From the IMG/VR virus record IMGVR_UViG_3300020577_004340, positions 59,976 through 123,975 of that record: 64,000 nt of DNA. One strand, written 5' to 3'. Both the position numbers and the translations under genes were made by a program. Source of the stretch: a virus. Taxonomy: Duplodnaviria; Caudoviricetes. Shown here piece after piece: positions 61,347-64,000 of this stretch (within the stretch, counting starts at the first letter, position 1; every line of letters starts with the position of its first letter). The notes beneath the pieces were generated by a model. It was not told where the DNA came from. It did not search any database and saw nothing but the letters and a program-made list of their open reading frames with translations.

Positions 61347-62045
61347 TAGCATAATTTTTAACAATAAAAATAAAGAGAATTGAATATGAATGTAGATCTA
61401 ATAACATTTGAAACGGCTGAACTAGCTAAAAAATGTGGGTTTAATGAATTTGTTGGATGGTATTATTATCCCGAAGCATATCAGGTAGATGGAAGTCCAA
61501 TACCAATAGCTGATGGGGCAAATGATGATATTAACACAACTTATTACAACGGTAATAATATTTGTAATGATAATGGAGCTCCTGCACCACTTAATTTAGA
61601 AGACCATAATAATAATGGAGTTGGATTTATATCTGCTCCAGAACGAACATTATTACAAAAATGGTTAAGGGAAAAATATAAAATACATGTTAATCCATAT
61701 ATGCCAAATATATCTGGATATTATGCTCATAGTTTAGAACATAAAGCAAAATATGATTCATATGAAGAAGCTTTGGAGGCTGGATTATACGAGGCATTGA
61801 TATTATTAACAAAATTAAATTCATAAAAAATGGAAGAAAATTTTGAAAAATTAGGGCAAATTATCGATGGATTAGATAATTTAGCATCAGGGTTAAATTT
61901 ACCATTACCAAATGAAATGCACTTAGATAATTTGAAAGTAATATTGCCTCGAATGGTGGAAGAATTAAAACAATTGTTTGTAGAAATGTCTGGTGAAGAC
62001 CCATGGGATTAAATATTAATTTCTTATTAATTTTTGGAATAAAAA

Positions 62046-62077
62046 TTTGGATAATTGATAAAACATATTTAACTTTG
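62046..62077 (+). promoter_or_regulatory. Bacteroidota sigma70-type promoter
   Basis: TTTG-N20-TAACTTTG, near-copy of 61315-61346. Confidence 0.75.
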
Positions 62078-62380
62078 TGTTATTATTAACAATAAAACAA
62101 TTTTAATTATGAATAACTTAAATGAATTAAATCCAAAAACCGTAAGTGTATTAGATATTTTAACCAACAATAAAGGTTATTCAGCCAGTGGTTATTGTAA
62201 GGGAGAGCATACTTATATTACACATATGGAATATTTAGATAGAAAGGGTAAACCTGTAGTCACTATTCCTTACGAAGCTAATCAATTATTAGAGCAAGCT
62301 TTATTTTTAATAAGATTGGCTAACCATTCAATAGAAACCGATAAAAATATTAGATATTAAAAAATAGTATTAGGTAAGAT

Positions 62381-62450
62381 AGTCAGGTGGCGGAATGGTA
62401 GACGCTAGTCATATGGATGAAAGGTACAGGTTCGAATCCTGTCCTGACTA
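62381..62450 (+). tRNA. tRNA-like element with degenerate anticodon arm (no assignable isotype)
   Basis: Acceptor stem AGTCAGG/CCTGACT, D-arm GCGGAATGGTAGACGC, T-arm ACAGG-TTCGAAT-CCTGT; only 20 nt between the D and T arms. Confidence 0.7.
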
Positions 62451-63670
62451 CGAGCGGACTGTTACTAATTCATAGACTGTATTACTACGGGTGCAATTAG
62501 AATTAGAGTTTAGTTAAGTATTAGAAATAATTACTTCTTTAGATGCACAGATGGACTGATTGTATGACCATTCTGGTAAACTTTAAGGAGTTTTAATCCT
62601 AAACACTTAATTATCAATGGAATATGCTAAGAAAGATTGATGCCGATAACTTAGTGGAATTTTTTGGAGAGTAATTAACTTTAAAATTGGGTACACATTG
62701 GCAAACGTTGTTCAAATTAATCTTAGAGTTGATATTATAACATAATCCAGAGATGGTAAACATTCCTTGACACGGATAAAGATTATTTATACTTACAACT
62801 TCCACCTTCAGCAAGTGGACATATTCTTTTTAATTAATATATAAAATTAATACAGATGGCAGATTTAGAACAAAATTCCCAACCTAGAAATGGGTTACCA
62901 TTTCGCCATAGACTTGGAAATGTGATAATGGCAATCATTGGAATTGCAGAGAATTTAACATTGATATTAACATTCAGTAGTATTATGCCAAAATGGACAA
63001 TAACATGGATAGTGTTTCGTATGGGAAAAGGTAAACGTTGGTTTTGGGGGTAGATACTATAAAATTAATAAACATGAAAGATTTTTTACTTAAGATTGCA
63101 ATCGCATTAAAAATAACTCAAGAGAAAACAAATCCAAAAAATTCTCCAATTATATTTGGAAAAGGGTATTCAAGAGCGTACCGTTTAAATCCATATAATC
63201 CATTGTCATATGTTTTGTATATAATAATTATACCAATTTCTTTCATAATATATGGATTAATAGGAACATATAACTTAATAGCAACCAATCCATTTAAATG
63301 GCAATAAATTTTTCAAATTATGTTAAATTTCAGTGAAATAATTAAAAAATACTTAGAAGAAGAATACCGTTTGAATGTAGAAAAACTTTTTGATTTTGAA
63401 CTAGATTCAGATGGTGGTAGTTGGGGTCAATTTAAGTATAGAGATACTGAAGGGGGAACTTATACTCAGATAATTAGTTATAAAATGCTAGTATTATGGC
63501 TTATATCTGGGGCGTCATCATATACATTAAAAACAATAGATGATGACAATGATAAAAAAATTAGAATGTTAAAATATCTAGATAAACAAACTGCATATCA
63601 AATTGGTGTTATATGCAAAGATTGTGGATATAAAGTAGTATATGTTTTTTAAAAAATAAATTGAAAAATA

Positions 63671-63702
63671 CTTGTAAATGTGGAATGATTGTTGTATATT
63701 TG
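63671..63702 (+). promoter_or_regulatory. Bacteroidota sigma70-type promoter
   Basis: CTTG-N20-TATATTTG. Confidence 0.65.
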
Positions 63703-63737
63703 TAGCGTAAATAAAATGATATAAATAAATATTTGAC

Positions 63738-64000
63738 ATGAGCAAAAAACTTGAAATATTAAAAAAATCACTTGCCAAAAAAGAGCAAGAATTACAACGC
63801 AGATTTGATGTGCATTTTGAAACCGTAAGACAATCAAATGGGCAACCGTTAAACGATAAAAGAAATGGACAAGCGACCTTAAATAAATGGGAACGCCAAA
63901 ACGATGCAATACGAACAGTAAAAGGAAGTATTGAGAAAACAAAAAGAGCCATTGAATTTGAGGAAAGTAAAATAAAAGGTGTTGAACATGTTAATACGTT
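63738..64000 (+). CDS. Hypothetical protein (runs off window end)
   Basis: MSKKLEILKKSLAKKEQ...NGQPLNDKRNG open to the end; promoter upstream; not in the ORF track. Confidence 0.65.
   Translation, partial: MSKKLEILKKSLAKKEQELQRRFDVHFETVRQSNGQPLNDKRNGQATLNKWERQNDAIRTVKGSIEKTKRAIEFEESKIKGVEHVNT

Noticed and set aside
62406-62425. Assigning tRNA-Met/Ile (CAT or TAT) to the tRNA-like element
   Set aside because: No canonical anticodon stem-loop places either triplet correctly
714-63952. Minus-strand ORFs in the track (for example 36034-36939 and 4001-4420)
   Set aside because: Antisense shadows of well-supported + strand genes; only tnpA (49497-49898) has real motifs

Overview
AT-rich, gene-dense segment of a large tailed-phage genome, almost entirely + strand and in the standard genetic code. 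Repeated TTTG-N19-21-TAnnTTTG promoters, A-rich leaders without Shine-Dalgarno sites and a DUF4494-like gene point to a Bacteroidota host (inference). Bases 1-29 kb carry a T4-like replication and nucleotide-metabolism module (ThyX end, PolA-like, SSB, RecA, 5'-3' exonuclease, DnaB-like helicase, class II RNR, dUTPase, PolB, clamp, clamp loader). Interleaved with it is a 7-deazaguanine DNA-modification pathway (folE, queD, queE, DpdL-like, DpdA-like, glycosyltransferases; no queC in the window). Three genes are broken by self-splicing elements: PolB by a cysteine-free split intein with an eroded endonuclease relic between the halves, the clamp loader by a split intein with an intact free-standing endonuclease, and queD by an ORF-less 241-nt group I intron that the ORF track misses. 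Bases 30-38 kb hold a glycosylation and amino-sugar cluster and 39-43.5 kb an RNA-repair cluster. Two related IS200/IS605 elements (one tnpB-only, one tnpA+tnpB) lie at about 35.8 kb and 49.4 kb. Further right are a vWA plus non-canonical PurA-like module, DenV, an attC-like cassette structure, a tRNA-like element with a collapsed anticodon arm and many small hypothetical genes. All calls come from motif recognition by eye; no database searches were run.
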